This document shows positions 1-8,199 of a stretch of 43,320 bases of DNA, piece after piece (positions within the stretch are counted from its first letter, which is position 1; each line of letters starts with the position of its first letter). The stretch lies in the IMG/VR virus record IMGVR_UViG_2541047798_000010; one strand, given 5' to 3'. The notes below the pieces were generated by a model that worked only from the letters and a program-made list of their open reading frames with translations, was not told where the DNA came from and did not search any database. The stretch comes from a virus. Lineage: Duplodnaviria > Heunggongvirae > Uroviricota > Caudoviricetes. Both the position numbers and the translations under genes were made by a program.

Positions 1-516
1 ATGAAATTTAAAAAATGTCTTCTGCCTGTGGCAATGTTAGCGTCATTCACTCTGGCAGGATGCCAGTCAAATGCTGATGATCATGCCGCCGATGTTTATC
101 AAACCGATCAACTGAATACCAAACAAGAAACTAAAACCGTTAATATTATTTCCATTCTTCCCGCAAAAGTTGCCGTAGACAACTCCCAAAATAAACGAAA
201 CGCACAAGCCTTCGGCGCGCTTATTGGTGCAGTCGCTGGCGGTGTAATCGGCCACAACGTGGGGTCTGGCAGCAATTCCGGAACGACGGCAGGTGCAGTT
301 GGCGGCGGAGCTGTTGGCGCGGCAGCGGGTTCTATGGTGAATGATAAAACCTTAGTGGAAGGTGTTTCTCTAACGTATAAGGAAGGCACCAAAGTGTATA
401 CCTCCACCCAGGTGGGTAAAGAGTGCCAGTTTACGACAGGTTTAGCCGTTGTTATTACCACGACGTATAACGAAACGCGTATTCAGCCAAATACGAAATG
501 TCCTGAAAAGAGCTAA
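1..516 (+). CDS. Lipoprotein with Gly/Ala-rich glycine-zipper core (SlyB/Pcp-like); probably host-side flank
   Basis: 171-aa ORF from ATG at 1; signal peptide with lipobox LAGC; central GALIGAVAGGVIGH...GAVGGGAVGAAAG segment. Confidence 0.65.
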   Translation: MKFKKCLLPVAMLASFTLAGCQSNADDHAADVYQTDQLNTKQETKTVNIISILPAKVAVDNSQNKRNAQAFGALIGAVAGGVIGHNVGSGSNSGTTAGAVGGGAVGAAAGSMVNDKTLVEGVSLTYKEGTKVYTSTQVGKECQFTTGLAVVITTTYNETRIQPNTKCPEKS

Positions 517-531
517 TGATCAGGAGGAGTC

Positions 532-1071
532 ATGAAGAAAGTTTTTCTTTGCGCCATCTTAGCCTCCTTAAGCTATCCGGCTATCGCCTCATCATTGCAG
601 GATCAACTCTCGGCTGTCGCAGAAGCGGAACAGCAAGGTAAAAATGAAGAGCAAAGGCAGCATGACGAATGGGTCGCGGAGCGCAACAGGGAAATCCAGC
701 AAGAGAAGCAACGTCGCGCAAACGCCCAGGCCGCGGCTAATAAAAGAGCGGCAACGGCAGCGGCGAATAAGAAAGCTCGTCAGGATAAACTGGACGCCGA
801 AGCCACTGCGGACAAAAAACGCGATCAAAGTTATGAAGATGAGCTACGCAGCTTAGAGATTCAGAAACAAAAACTGGCGCTGGCGAAAGAAGAAGCCCGC
901 GTCAAGCGCGAAAACGAATTTATCGATCAGGAACTGAAGCACAAAGCTGCGCAAACCGATGTGGTGCAATCTGAAGCTGACGCAAACAGAAATATGACTG
1001 AAGGCGGTCGCGATCTGATGAAAAGCGTGGGTAAAGCAGAAGAGAACAAATCGGACAGCTGGTTTAACTAA
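532..1071 (+). CDS. Secreted coiled-coil protein, Lys/Ala/Glu-rich; function unknown
   Basis: 179-aa ORF; strong RBS AGGAGGAG upstream of ATG 532; N-terminal signal peptide; followed by terminator at 1116. Confidence 0.6.
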   Translation: MKKVFLCAILASLSYPAIASSLQDQLSAVAEAEQQGKNEEQRQHDEWVAERNREIQQEKQRRANAQAAANKRAATAAANKKARQDKLDAEATADKKRDQSYEDELRSLEIQKQKLALAKEEARVKRENEFIDQELKHKAAQTDVVQSEADANRNMTEGGRDLMKSVGKAEENKSDSWFN

Positions 1072-1115
1072 GCGATGTCAGTAACTTCAAGCCTATGATT
1101 CGTGAGTATAAAAAA

Positions 1116-1142
1116 CCCTCTGTAGTAACAGAGGGTTTTGTT
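1116..1142. terminator. Bidirectional rho-independent terminator between host-like genes and the prophage lysis cassette
   Basis: Stem CCCTCTGT/ACAGAGGG with 4-nt loop, flanked by an A-tract upstream and TTTTGTT downstream (U-tract on both strands). Confidence 0.7.
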
Positions 1143-1266
1143 CATTCATAGTGCAGGGTTCAAATCATTCCCACTCAATTATTTACGATAACCATAACCA
1201 ATTGAGTGATAACATTTTTCCAAATCTCAATTTTTCCCGTACCGTTTTATATACCGTCACCGGAAA

Positions 1267-1764
1267 TCAGTGCCACGATTTTTGCTTCTTCAGTGAATCG
1301 TATTGCTGCTCGCAGAATTCCCCTGCGATACGATACTTTTCAGCCTCAGCTGCTGTTGCGTTGTAAACTCGGTTGCTTTCTTCAAGCATGTCGGCGAGCA
1401 CACCGATGACCTTGCTGGCTGGCGTGCCAGGGGGGAAAGATCCGGTATAGTGTTCGGCGAGCCGCCTGGTTTTGTCAAGCTCGGCGCGCATGCTGTCAGC
1501 AGCGGAATTAGCATACTCAGCATCAGCACGCGCCGCATCGATACGGGATTGTGCTTCACGTTCAATTTGTGTTTTCTCCTGCTCACGCTGTGACCTTAAC
1601 TTATCATCAGCCTGTTTCTGATCTTCCTTCGCCTGAGCATACCCGGCATCGTACTGGCGACTGCCGTGTATATTCCAGGCAACCACTCCTGATATGACCA
1701 GAACAGCAAGCACTGCCACGATAAGCAACTGTTTCCAGTATGCTTTTACGAATGCCCAGATCAT
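1267..1764 (-). CDS. Rz-like i-spanin (lysis protein, N-terminal TM anchor plus coiled coil)
   Basis: 165-aa ORF; N-terminal hydrophobic segment; ATGA overlap with endolysin stop at 1761-1764; last gene of lysis cassette. Confidence 0.6.
   Translation of the reverse strand: MIWAFVKAYWKQLLIVAVLAVLVISGVVAWNIHGSRQYDAGYAQAKEDQKQADDKLRSQREQEKTQIEREAQSRIDAARADAEYANSAADSMRAELDKTRRLAEHYTGSFPPGTPASKVIGVLADMLEESNRVYNATAAEAEKYRIAGEFCEQQYDSLKKQKSWH
1290..1538 (-). CDS. Rz1-like o-spanin lipoprotein, fully embedded in the Rz gene in another frame
   Basis: ORF in +1 frame inside Rz; predicted start [17 protein letters not shown] has lipobox LLTAC followed by a Pro-rich mature peptide. Confidence 0.45.
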   Translation of the reverse strand: MRRVLMLSMLIPLLTACAPSLTKPGGSPNTIPDLSPLARQPARSSVCSPTCLKKATEFTTQQQLRLKSIVSQGNSASSNTIH

Positions 1765-2390
1765 ACCGCCAGCACCTTACTGGCAGTGATGTACCGCGCT
1801 CGCCGGTCGTCGATGCCGTTCCGGCCACCATTGATAATCAGAGTTACACGTGCAATATCGCCGGTATACTTCATGCATCCTTTGCTGGCGAAGAACCACG
1901 CCGCGCTACGAGCCGCATATTCGTCCTGCGCCAGCAGTTCAGGGCTCTCCAGCAGGTCAACCTTCAGACCGTTTCCGCAATCACGATAGTTATTCAAACC
2001 GGTAATCTGGATAAGTCCGCGCCCTCGGTAATTCCAGCCATCACCAGGGGCATTGTTCCCCATGCGTTTGCTGTATACCAGATTTGCGATCGCGCGCTGG
2101 CGCTCAAGTGGCAATGGTGGTTCACCAGCACGGCGCCCCAGTGCATTAGCCTGCCCCTGAGTGAGACGCCCAGCCCGAACGAAGTTAGCCAGTCCGCTGA
2201 CACTGTAGTTGAAATTCTCCTGCAACCTGGTGAAGCCCCCAGACTCATGCCCGACTTGAGCAATAAACATTGCCTGATCTTCTGCTTTGCTGATACCAAA
2301 CTCTTTCATCGCAGAAGTTATATGCGAGAACCAGCGTGCGGCCAGTGCCTCGCTGATACCAGCAGCTCGCTGGAATTGTTTAATCTCCAT
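1761..2390 (-). CDS. Endolysin, glycoside hydrolase family 19 (chitinase-like)
   Basis: Start chosen at internal ATG 2390 (RBS GAGG 9 nt upstream); GH19-type motif [20 protein letters not shown]; the longer ORF in the track overlaps the upstream holin. Confidence 0.85.
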   Translation of the reverse strand: MEIKQFQRAAGISEALAARWFSHITSAMKEFGISKAEDQAMFIAQVGHESGGFTRLQENFNYSVSGLANFVRAGRLTQGQANALGRRAGEPPLPLERQRAIANLVYSKRMGNNAPGDGWNYRGRGLIQITGLNNYRDCGNGLKVDLLESPELLAQDEYAARSAAWFFASKGCMKYTGDIARVTLIINGGRNGIDDRRARYITASKVLAV

Positions 2391-2688
2391 GTTTAGACCT
2401 CGATACTTTAAAAATTTGAACGACGTTACCGCGCGTTTTAATAACCGCAGCCAGCATGACAGCGTTGATAATGACCTCAGATAAATCCACAGCCATTGGC
2501 GTACGTAACCAGATTGCATAGGCGACTCGAACAGGAATACTGGCCGCAGCAACAATCAGGAAATAAGCAAGCCATCCTCCCCACCTTCGATGTTGAGAGC
2601 CGTTACGCCGGAATGTGACAACGCGAATTGCTATGCCAGTGCAAATAACTGCATTGGTGATAAGCAAAAAAAACTCATGCGTTACCAT
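2380..2688 (-). CDS. Small membrane protein, holin or antiholin candidate
   Basis: 102 aa with two hydrophobic helices; RBS GGAG 8 nt upstream of ATG 2688; immediately upstream of endolysin. Confidence 0.5.
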   Translation of the reverse strand: MVTHEFFLLITNAVICTGIAIRVVTFRRNGSQHRRWGGWLAYFLIVAAASIPVRVAYAIWLRTPMAVDLSEVIINAVMLAAVIKTRGNVVQIFKVSRSKHGD

Positions 2689-3079
2689 CGTCTTTTCTCC
2701 CCGGAATTAACTCGCGTGGATTATCGGAACGGTGATAGAGCCATATACCAATACGCACAGCGACAATTGCTGACACGAATGCGCCTGCAGAGAAAACAAT
2801 CCCTTTTTCAAAAGAGTCCTGCGTGATGGTAGGGATCAGGCTGGCTATGCCGATAAGAATTGATGCTGCTGGTTTGTAAAAGAGAAGGCCGCAAAGAAAG
2901 CTGAGCATCGACAGGAGCACCCGGCGACGGATGGGGTACTCTACTGCAGAGGTAACAAAAATTACCGCCCCAGCCAAAGCCCCTAAAGCAACCTCCGGAG
3001 GGGCACCTGCAATAACCGCAGCAAGAGAACTAAAACTAAGCAACTGATTTAATTGCTCACTTGTTACTTGAGCAGACAT
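2675..3079 (-). CDS. Holin-like membrane protein
   Basis: 134 aa with multiple hydrophobic segments and a charged C-terminus; RBS AGGAG upstream of ATG 3079; first gene of lysis cassette. Confidence 0.5.
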   Translation of the reverse strand: MSAQVTSEQLNQLLSFSSLAAVIAGAPPEVALGALAGAVIFVTSAVEYPIRRRVLLSMLSFLCGLLFYKPAASILIGIASLIPTITQDSFEKGIVFSAGAFVSAIVAVRIGIWLYHRSDNPRELIPGRKDDGNA

Positions 3080-3360
3080 ACTTTCTCCTGTTTACTATCT
3101 ATAAGCCAGTCAATTATTGATGACTAAACCCGCATAGTAAACCATATATGAATCATTATTGTTCCATATCATATATCTCAATAAAAGTACTAATGATTTT
3201 ACAGAACGAGCCAGCAGAGTGGGGGCAGTTGTACAGGAACCATAGACTTAATTTTGTATTTAATAATGCTATGGTGTAATAAACCTGAACATGTATTTAA
3301 AATACGTACTGATTCATGATAGAATTCAAAGATAACTTTTCACAAACTCCGTTTTTGATA

Positions 3361-3386
3361 CCCGCAAAATATTGCGGGCTTTTTTT
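3361..3386. terminator. Hairpin overlapping the tailspike stop codon; U-tract is on the plus strand, orientation and function ambiguous
   Basis: Stem CCCGCAAAATATTGCGGG followed by CTTTTTTT on the plus strand. Confidence 0.35.
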
Positions 3387-6300
3387 AACGTTCTTCCAGA
3401 GACTGAATCCGCTCTTTTATCTTATCCATTTCTCTGCGCTGCCATGCTGCCTCGATATAGAATAAGAGATCAGGCCTGACCCCCCATCTAGATCCTGCTG
3501 GCGTTATTTCAACGCGCTCAATGATGTCTTCCATTACCATCACTGGATTATCATCCTCATCAACAATGATGCTCCCGTCATTATCAGTCAGCGGCATTTC
3601 CCTTTGGCCAGTAATGACGTCATCATATACTGCGGGATAATCGTCATAGCAAAGAAAGGCATAGCGGCATGTTGTGCTTTCTTCTTCCATGAGTCCGTGA
3701 GAAATAAGAACATCACGAAGTTGCTGCGCGATTACACCATGATGTATCCTCGCCCCTTCTTCCCCCTTTATAGCGACAGCGTTCAGCCATTTATAAGCGA
3801 TATACCTGACGTCACCCCAGGCATCCAGCAATGCTTCGTCAGGAGAGACCGGCTCTGTCTTTAATGTTCCGTCACTGGTAACCACAGGATTGGAGCCAAG
3901 ATAAACTGTCGAGAACCTGTTTCCCGGACCACCAAGAGCATTTACATTATCAAGATAAGGTTTAACATCTCCGTTCTCAAAAAGATGTTCGAGTGCGTTA
4001 TATACCGCGCGACGTGGAGTACTGCTTCCGGAACCATGCAACGTTATCATTGCACCATCTGCTGAAGACGTTGTTTCACCGCCGCTAACGATTAATCTCT
4101 GAGCGGTAACATCATCAGACGGTACTTTCTTCGCAATAATGGCGTAATTACCCTCAAGTTTGACTTCCGCGCGAACTTGTCCTGATGTACCTGCATGGAC
4201 AGTCAGTGACTGGACGGCAACATCATCTGTGAAATCAACGGGTACAGGAACCGTCCTCACGCCTGACGTCGACATAAAAGTAGGAAGCGTTCTGTTAGGA
4301 GTGGCTCCGTAGACAAAATCCCTTGAAACAAATTCTTCCTGTTTGATTTTCACCCTGAAACAATATAAATCAGCCGGGTGACCATCGTGAACATAAGGAT
4401 ATTTTCTGTTGTTATCCCCTATGCTCCATGGGTTTAGAAAGTCTTCCCCACCGAAAATGTAGTACAGCCAGTTGTCTTTGATACAAACTGAACCAACACC
4501 AACCGCAGAGTTAACTATTCCGCCCTGATAAATCTGATCAGTAACATTAACCCACTCTACATTATCCAGACTCCACTCATTGACGTTAACTCTGGTCATA
4601 AATGTTCTTGGATAATTTCCTGCATAACGGTTATCAGGTTCTCCTCCTTCCCACTCACCAAATGCGCGCTCACTGCCAAAAATAATCAGCTCATCGCCAA
4701 CTTTGGCAAAAGGAAGGTTTGAGTGATGAACATTATTTGGGAAGCGAAGAGAATTCCATGATGTACCTAAATCAGAGCTTCTGTGCAATGAACTACCGGG
4801 TTGAGTACTTAATGTCCCCCTGGTCGTCAGATACAGAATGCCATCATAATATTTTACACATGGCTCAGATGCATTCGCCTCATATTCTGCAGGTATGCGT
4901 CTGCGAACAAAGCTACCAGGAGAACCGAAAGCATCAGAGAAATAGAGTATCCCAAGCTCGCGTGGACCAATATCACCATTATGGTAGCCAACAGCAAAAC
5001 TGTTATCGCTAATCGTCGCAAAACTGTGAATCTCAGTAACAGGAGTGCTTCCGTCAACAAAAGAAGGAATAGTTCCAAGACTGGTTTTTCTCCATGGTGA
5101 CGAGTGAAATGATGTGCCAAAACTCCAGTATCTACCCTCGTTATTCTGATCCACATCCTGAGTATTTTGCGTCGTAACTGTAAAAGTATTTTTATCAATA
5201 ACAGTAGTCACCGTCATATTCCCGGTAACACCTGTAACACCAGAGTTTGAGAAGTTGACAAAATCACCAGCAAATAATCCGTGATCAGTAATGCGAATAT
5301 AAGCGACTTGCTGATTTGCTGCTTTCGTTATACCACCATAAACGCGAAGGCTGCGACTCATTGGGCGATCCCACAACTCTGCAACCTGCAGTTTATTTCC
5401 TCTCACGGTCCGCGTCTCAATTACAGCAAAAAGGCGATTTCTGACAACCCCCATACTCATGCAGTGATAGTTAACTGTGGGATAGTTTTCATGTAAATCT
5501 GTAAGCCATTCCGGCGTTGTCCAGGTCTTCCCGTCATCTCCTGAGCGAACCCATGCAACATGGAGGTTATTTACACCATGGCGGTCTCCAGCCATAAAAG
5601 GCGCATAGATGACATTGTCATATACAAACGTTTTATCCTGCGTCCAGGCGTTGTACCACGGTGTATCTGTAATTTTAAATAACTCTCCCTGGATAAAATC
5701 TTCAGAAGCATAAAAAAGAGGCTGGCCCGGTATTCTCTCAAATAAAAAACGAGCATTTTTAAATCGACTGACATCCGGAAGAGTTGATACTTTAAAAGTA
5801 AGCCCTAATCCGTCAATTTTATAACCTGGAGATGAGGCTTCAAGGCACGCGCTTATTGCAGTGGAGTCGTCATTTATACCATCACCAACAGCTCCAAAAT
5901 CTTTGGGGCTAATAGCATCACGCATTTTATCCTGGAACGTTCGGTACACAGCCCCAGAACCATACTGAATAAACCAACCAAAACCACCAACAACCCCGGC
6001 GATTGCAGCATCAACATAATTACGCATTGAGCGATTATTTACAGCGTCCTGCTCAAATGATGGATCTGCAAGGTTAGAAATTTTGTTTTGCTTTGCATCG
6101 TAATATTTTGCAAGCAGAGAGGGCTTCATCAATGCACGTCTGAACCACCCAAAACATTGCTGGATCAGCATCGTCAGGTAGTCAAAGGCATCTTCATGCA
6201 CTTCGGGGAAAAATTTTCCCTGATTGCGAAGGTCTGTCTCCTGCACTACATCAAGCACACGATCTATCGTAATTCGCCATCCAGTAGCAAGCGGAGACGG

Positions 6301-6504
6301 AAGAACCACAGAACCGCCACTATAAGTGCCCGCCCCAGTTACCGTATAACCGGTATCCAGGACCAATTCTGTTACGTTCCCGTTCAGGTCAGACACCTGA
6401 ACAACCAGGTCTGATTTTCTGAAAATTCGAAAAGTATACGGAAACGATGTCGTAACGCCGTTACCGGTGTATTCGTTGTGGTCAACTTCGGTTGAGACCG
6501 TCAT
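3385..6504 (-). CDS. Tailspike/depolymerase: T7 gp17-like N-terminal adaptor, central domain with pectate-lyase-like motif plus sialidase-type RIP and two Asp-box motifs, C-terminal intramolecular-chaperone (peptidase S74-like) domain
   Basis: 1039 aa; RBS GGAG upstream of ATG 6504; motifs DFGAVGDGINDD (aa 202-213), ERIP (aa 255-258), SGDDGKTW (aa 321-328), SSDLGTSW (aa 576-583); C-terminal about 160 aa from TSDGTLKTEP resembles auto-cleaving chaperone domains. Confidence 0.9.
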   Translation of the reverse strand: MTVSTEVDHNEYTGNGVTTSFPYTFRIFRKSDLVVQVSDLNGNVTELVLDTGYTVTGAGTYSGGSVVLPSPLATGWRITIDRVLDVVQETDLRNQGKFFPEVHEDAFDYLTMLIQQCFGWFRRALMKPSLLAKYYDAKQNKISNLADPSFEQDAVNNRSMRNYVDAAIAGVVGGFGWFIQYGSGAVYRTFQDKMRDAISPKDFGAVGDGINDDSTAISACLEASSPGYKIDGLGLTFKVSTLPDVSRFKNARFLFERIPGQPLFYASEDFIQGELFKITDTPWYNAWTQDKTFVYDNVIYAPFMAGDRHGVNNLHVAWVRSGDDGKTWTTPEWLTDLHENYPTVNYHCMSMGVVRNRLFAVIETRTVRGNKLQVAELWDRPMSRSLRVYGGITKAANQQVAYIRITDHGLFAGDFVNFSNSGVTGVTGNMTVTTVIDKNTFTVTTQNTQDVDQNNEGRYWSFGTSFHSSPWRKTSLGTIPSFVDGSTPVTEIHSFATISDNSFAVGYHNGDIGPRELGILYFSDAFGSPGSFVRRRIPAEYEANASEPCVKYYDGILYLTTRGTLSTQPGSSLHRSSDLGTSWNSLRFPNNVHHSNLPFAKVGDELIIFGSERAFGEWEGGEPDNRYAGNYPRTFMTRVNVNEWSLDNVEWVNVTDQIYQGGIVNSAVGVGSVCIKDNWLYYIFGGEDFLNPWSIGDNNRKYPYVHDGHPADLYCFRVKIKQEEFVSRDFVYGATPNRTLPTFMSTSGVRTVPVPVDFTDDVAVQSLTVHAGTSGQVRAEVKLEGNYAIIAKKVPSDDVTAQRLIVSGGETTSSADGAMITLHGSGSSTPRRAVYNALEHLFENGDVKPYLDNVNALGGPGNRFSTVYLGSNPVVTSDGTLKTEPVSPDEALLDAWGDVRYIAYKWLNAVAIKGEEGARIHHGVIAQQLRDVLISHGLMEEESTTCRYAFLCYDDYPAVYDDVITGQREMPLTDNDGSIIVDEDDNPVMVMEDIIERVEITPAGSRWGVRPDLLFYIEAAWQRREMDKIKERIQSLEER

Positions 6505-6608
6505 GTTAAATCTCCAGATAGTCGCAGCACCCGTTGCGCCGCATATCTGGTTATTCTATTACCTGAAAAACCACATATGGATAAAAAGACTATAAATACC
6601 AATAGATA

Positions 6609-6623
6609 TTACCTTTCGGGTAA
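6609..6623. promoter_or_regulatory. Operator-type palindrome TTACC-N5-GGTAA (copy upstream of LexA-controlled gene, in divergent region with tailspike)
   Basis: ATTACCTTTCGGGTAAT; perfect match to the motif found at OR and OL. Confidence 0.6.
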
Positions 6624-6660
6624 TTTGCAAAACGTGCTGGATAGCAAACAAATTATTTGT

Positions 6661-6680
6661 TACTGTATAAACATACAGTT
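6661..6680. promoter_or_regulatory. LexA (SOS) box
   Basis: TACTGTATAAACATACAGTT: CTGT-N8-ACAG core intact, 17 of 20 positions match TACTGTATATATATACAGTA; 20 bp upstream of ATG 6700. Confidence 0.75.
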
Positions 6681-6699
6681 ATTGCATGGAGAAGATAAG

Positions 6700-6957
6700 A
6701 TGCAGCAGTATCACTATCCACTGGAAGACGGATTTACCGAAAGGATTCACACGCCGGGAGGCGTCAGGTCACTGGTGGAGGGATCGCACTTGATGAAATT
6801 ACTCCGGGATCTCGATAAGGATGGATTTAATGTCGATGGCCCACTTGCCGAACTGACTGCACTGATTAACTACGTCACCAGCTCACAGATGTCTATGCAG
6901 GATCTACAAACACATCTCGACTATTGTGCCGAACAATTACGAAAACAAACCAGATAA
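6700..6957 (+). CDS. Small standalone antirepressor-effector-domain protein (homolog of the C-terminal domain of the two Ant paralogs); SOS-controlled candidate antirepressor
   Basis: 85 aa from ATG 6700 (RBS GGAG 8 nt upstream); aligns with Ant C-terminus (IH-P-GV...LM-LL...DG-V-G-AELT...DLQTH-Y); LexA box immediately upstream. Confidence 0.65.
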   Translation: MQQYHYPLEDGFTERIHTPGGVRSLVEGSHLMKLLRDLDKDGFNVDGPLAELTALINYVTSSQMSMQDLQTHLDYCAEQLRKQTR

Positions 6958-6988
6958 GATTTGAAATTACCAATAGGAGTGCTTATAT

Positions 6989-7003
6989 TTACCTTTGCGG
7001 TAA
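6989..7003. promoter_or_regulatory. Operator-type palindrome TTACC-N5-GGTAA sitting in the loop of a hairpin (AGGAGTGC/GCACTCCT) at the outer edge of the left ant arm
   Basis: TTACCTTTGCGGTAA; mirrored by the copy at 10028. Confidence 0.6.
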
Positions 7004-7094
7004 ATTTACATCGCACTCCTCTTGTGCCATAGTAATCGGGCACTGGCAAAATCCAGTGCCGGGATTGGCGTCCCGGGTTACTAAGTGGCGCATA

Positions 7095-7117
7095 CCACGC
7101 CAGACGTGGTTTTTTTA
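7095..7117 (+). terminator. Rho-independent terminator inside the ant1 leader
   Basis: Stem CCACG/CGTGG followed by TTTTTTTAT; preceded by two further stem-loops (GGCACTGG/CCAGTGCC and CCGGGA/TCCCGG). Confidence 0.55.
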
Positions 7118-7272
7118 TGCGTTAAGCACAGCTATATCCGAATTATGGTGGGCTGGGCAGGGGTCCGAAAGGACGCCGGTACCACTTAGGCCGGTACGCC
7201 AACCTTGTCCAGTTCACCACCAGTAATTGGCGTTGCGGTGGTGATTAAAATCACTAAGTGGAGATAACCACC

Positions 7273-7983
7273 ATGGCTAATGCTCAAACTGCCATCTTCA
7301 AATTTGAATCTGTTAACCCTATCCGTTCCATCATTATCGATGGCCAACCATGGTTTGTAGCCCAAGACGTTTGTAGTGCGCTGCGTATCCAAAACGTCAC
7401 CCAAGCACTTGAAAAACTGGATGATGATGAAAGGTCTATGTTCAACATAGGGCATGAACATCGTGCAATTTTTGACAGCCGAGTAAAAGAGATCAACATT
7501 ATCTCCGAGTCAGGCCTCTACACACTGATCCTCCGCTGCCGCGACGCAGTGACACCAGGCACTATCCCCTACCGCTTTCGTAAATGGGTTACAGGTGAGG
7601 TTCTTCCTCAGATCCGCCGCACCGGAAGTTACATTAAAAACTCGCTCCCGCAGGAAGAACGCATAAAGATGGTTGCCGACCAGGTAGCCAACGCCACAGC
7701 ATCAGCAGTGATGCAGGCAATGAAGATAGAGAACAAAACCTACAGCGCCCCGCTGAAGCCCGGCTACCGCAGCCTGATTCATTCGCCGTCTGGTGTTCTC
7801 GGCCTGACGGAGAACTCACTGCTGATGAATCTGCTGAACCAGTTACAGGAAGACGGGCACGATGTATCGGGCGCGGCGGCGGAGCTGACCACCATGTTTT
7901 GCTACATCGTTGGTGTGAGCAAATGCCTGCGTGATATCCAGACGCACGCGGAGTACATCAACGACAAGGCTGGGTTCTTCTGA
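7273..7983 (+). CDS. Antirepressor paralog 1 (Bro-N-like N-terminal domain plus shared C-terminal effector domain)
   Basis: 236 aa from ATG 7273 (RBS GGAG); N-terminal IFKFESVNPIRSIIIDGQPWFVAQDVCSAL is Bro-N/KilA-N-like; C-terminal half nearly identical to paralog 2. Confidence 0.8.
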   Translation: MANAQTAIFKFESVNPIRSIIIDGQPWFVAQDVCSALRIQNVTQALEKLDDDERSMFNIGHEHRAIFDSRVKEINIISESGLYTLILRCRDAVTPGTIPYRFRKWVTGEVLPQIRRTGSYIKNSLPQEERIKMVADQVANATASAVMQAMKIENKTYSAPLKPGYRSLIHSPSGVLGLTENSLLMNLLNQLQEDGHDVSGAAAELTTMFCYIVGVSKCLRDIQTHAEYINDKAGFF

Positions 7984-8010
7984 CGGGCGGCGGCACAGGG
8001 ATGTGCCTTT
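7585..8010. repeat. Left arm of a near-identical inverted repeat (about 425 bp) covering the 3-prime half of ant1 and about 25 bp beyond its stop
   Basis: Reverse complement of 9045-9470 matches with only scattered substitutions; mirrored antisense ORFs 7634-7819 and 9232-9417 have near-identical translations. Confidence 0.8.
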
Positions 8011-8055
8011 AAATAATTCTGTACGATTGCAGACAGGGTGGTGAATAGAGTACTA

Positions 8056-8070
8056 TTACCTTACGGGTGA
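8056..8070. promoter_or_regulatory. Imperfect operator-type site upstream of the cargo gene
   Basis: TTACCTTACGGGTGA (one mismatch in the right half-site). Confidence 0.4.
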
Positions 8071-8107
8071 TCCATAGCGATTAGGCACCGATACAGGAGG
8101 AGCCCAC

Positions 8108-8140
8108 ATGAGAAAATTTGACGAGTACGAAGGCGTTTAA
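8108..8140 (+). other. 10-codon upstream ORF (MRKFDEYEGV) with strong RBS, followed by a terminator-like hairpin at 8161-8184; candidate attenuator leader for the cargo gene
   Basis: AGGAGG 7 nt upstream of ATG 8108; hairpin GGGGCC-ATTA-GGCCCC then GTTTTCAT; cargo start at 8200. Confidence 0.3.
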
Positions 8141-8199
8141 CATTCGGATAGTTTAATGACGGGGCCATTAGGCCCCGTTTTCATGTCTGGAGACAGTTT

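Noticed and set aside
67-461. Minus-strand ORFs (67-255, 108-461) inside the lipoprotein gene
   Set aside because: Antisense to a gene with signal peptide and lipobox; Pro/Ala-rich translations typical of the reverse frame of a Gly/Ala-rich gene; no RBS
1-1071. The two left-hand genes as prophage-encoded virulence morons
   Set aside because: They are separated from the phage by a strong bidirectional terminator and the att site is unknown, so host origin is the simpler reading; not decidable from this window
1156-1166. GGGTTCAAATC near the left boundary as a tRNA T-loop remnant marking attL
   Set aside because: No flanking bases can form a T-stem or acceptor stem; without the other prophage end this cannot be confirmed
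1740-2396. 218-aa plus-strand ORF overlapping the endolysin and Rz
   Set aside because: Opposite strand of two well-supported lysis genes; no RBS; low-complexity translation
3604-6414. Several 60-115-aa ORFs inside the tailspike gene on both strands
   Set aside because: All nested within one continuous 1039-aa ORF with recognisable domains; no independent start signals
7634-7819. 61-aa antisense ORF inside ant1, with its twin at 9232-9417 inside ant2
   Set aside because: Their near-identity is a by-product of the inverted repeat; they are antisense to the Ant coding frames and lack RBS
8019-8036. CTGT...ACAG element upstream of the cargo gene as a second LexA box
   Set aside because: Spacing is CTGT-N10-ACAG, not the N8 needed for LexA; flanking bases do not fit the consensus
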